A stretch of 64,000 nucleotides of DNA, from the NCBI GenBank assembly GCA_001179505.1, contig CDMY01000285.1, forward strand, positions 71,076-135,075. Reading direction: 5' to 3'. The notes below the pieces were generated by a model. It searched no databases. It worked only from the letters and a program-made list of their open reading frames with translations, and was not told the origin of the DNA. Position numbers and translations under genes: made by a program. The DNA is from Vitrella brassicaformis CCMP3155. Taxonomy: Eukaryota; Protista; Chromerida. This document shows, piece after piece, positions 62,463-64,000 of this stretch. Every line of letters begins with the position of its first letter. Position 1 is the stretch's first letter.

Positions 62463-63413
62463 GATGGGGATCTTCAAGCGGCTGTTTGGGCTTTTCTACA
62501 AGCGGCGGACGAAAGTCAAGATCCTGGCAGTCGGCCTCGACAACTCGGGCAAAACCACGCTGCTCAAGAAACTCAGACCAAAGAAGGTGGGTGCGCAAGG
62601 AAGGAAGCGATGGACGACTGAATGGATGGATGGATAGATAGATGGCAGACAGGCCAGCGCGGCGGCAGATGAAAAGCTGCATGCACTTGCCAGCAGAATC
62701 AATGAGGTGCATTCTGTGGGCTGTGTGCCCTGCCCACCGCAGGCTGACCTGAGTACGGTGCCGACGGTTGGCTACGAGTTCGAGAGTTTCTCCAAGAATG
62801 GCGTGGCGTTTGACTGTGTGGACATGTCGGGGCAGAGCAAGTATCGCAACCTCTGGGAACACTACTTCACCGACACCGACGTGAGGGAGGGCGGGGCGAG
62901 GAATGGGGTGCCAAATGCACTTATGTGTGTGTGTGTGTGTGTGTGTGCAGGGCGTTATCTTTGTGGTGGATGCGACGGATAAGCTGCGGTTTGTGGTCGT
63001 CAGGGAGGAGCTCGAGACCATGCTGAGCCACCAAGGCACACACACAAACACGATGACCAGGAAGCGAGACCGGCCATTCAACTCCCGTGGTGTGTTTGTG
63101 TGTGTGTGTGTGTGGTGCAGAGTTCAGCCGCCGCAAGATCCCGCTGCTGTTCTTCGCCAACAAGATGGACCTGCACGACGCCGTCACGCCGAATGAGCTC
63201 CTCGCCACACTGCAGCTGGACGACCTCGCGCACCCTTGGAGAATCTTGTACAGCCAGACACACACGGACACACAGGCACATAGTTGAGGACATTGTGGTG
63301 TTGGTGCTGTCGATGAGTGCAGTGCGAGCAACGCGTTGAGGGGCGAGGGTCTTGAGGAGGGGGTGGGGTGGCTCGTCGACGCCATCGCCGAACACAAGAC
63401 GACGGCCAAGTGA
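62463..63413 (+). CDS. ARL6: ADP-ribosylation factor-like 6 (BBS3)
   Basis: MG.., GLDNSGKTT, DMSGQSKYRNLWEHY, IPLLFFANKMDL, ASNALRGEGLEEGVGWL; stop 63411-63413. Confidence 0.92.
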
Positions 63414-64000
63414 TCATATCGGCCAGTCGATAAGCTCATGGACGATGGATTTAGCTGCCGATGTGCAATCGTGTGCGTGTGTGTGTGGAGGTGTATGCCG
63501 TGTGTATACAGCAGGCAGGCAGGCTGAGTGGGTGCGTGTACATAGACAGACAGTCAGACAAACCTTTGCCGCAGGTGACGTGACAATGTAACGAACGAAC
63601 TTCCCGTGCAAATGAAAGGAAGATTCTGAGTGAGTAAAGTGGCAGAGGCATGGACGACTGAATGAGCGACCGAATGACGTCTTTTTGCTGTGCAAGTCGT
63701 CTCTAGCTGCACAGCAGATTCGCAAGACGTCAGGCAGTCTGCTTGCCGCTGTGTGCTCTGCGAATCTCTGTTGTATTTGAGCGAAAAGGGCCGGTGAGGA
63801 CCTTTCCTGTAGTTAGCTGAATAGAGGATCTGCTGGGCGGTAAGTCCCAGAGTATGAGTGCTTTTACTTTAATAAGACCGATGGACTGGCGAGTCAGTCA
63901 AAGTTGTTTCTGTCCATGTATGGCATCATGAAGGGTGGTCAACACAGATCTCACTTCGGTGATGGCTGATAAGATCGTGTCTCCTCAGAATGCTTTCCTT

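Noticed and set aside
63600-64000. Possible start of a further gene
   Set aside because: Non-repetitive sequence with a donor-like site, but no supportable ORF within the window.

Overview
Eukaryotic, GC-rich, very intron-rich DNA with (GT)n/(CA)n/(CTGT)n-filled short introns. The gene content (RAP protein, signal+transit plastid leaders, lineage-specific ankyrin family) points to a chromerid alveolate, most likely Vitrella brassicaformis (inferred, not searched). About 19 genes are supported: 5'-partial UBR1-type E3, FkbM-like protein, thylakoid-lumen-targeted ChaN/Tiki protein, mitochondrial RAP protein, CNNM (DUF21-CBS-cNMP), acetyl-CoA transporter AT-1, two ankyrin-family genes (one with an in-frame TGA), an orphan secreted precursor, a frameshifted ERD2 pseudogene, a plastid heme-oxygenase-like protein lacking the His ligand, RPL4, a small orphan, XRCC3, a choline-transporter-like protein, MCMBP, an intronless SpoU rRNA methyltransferase, striatin and ARL6/BBS3. 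Main surprises: (i) near-strict head-to-head gene pairing, with a recurrent GCGAGCT element in most divergent promoters; (ii) an ankyrin gene + secreted C-x5-P-x-C-P precursor module, a rearranged copy of which sits between ~270-bp direct repeats at 19.8-22.7 kb; (iii) a pseudo-heme oxygenase; (iv) a 30-bp-stem intergenic hairpin. There are seven 300-N assembly gaps. No rRNA, tRNA or CRISPR array was seen. Exon structures were read by eye, so boundaries are approximate where stated.
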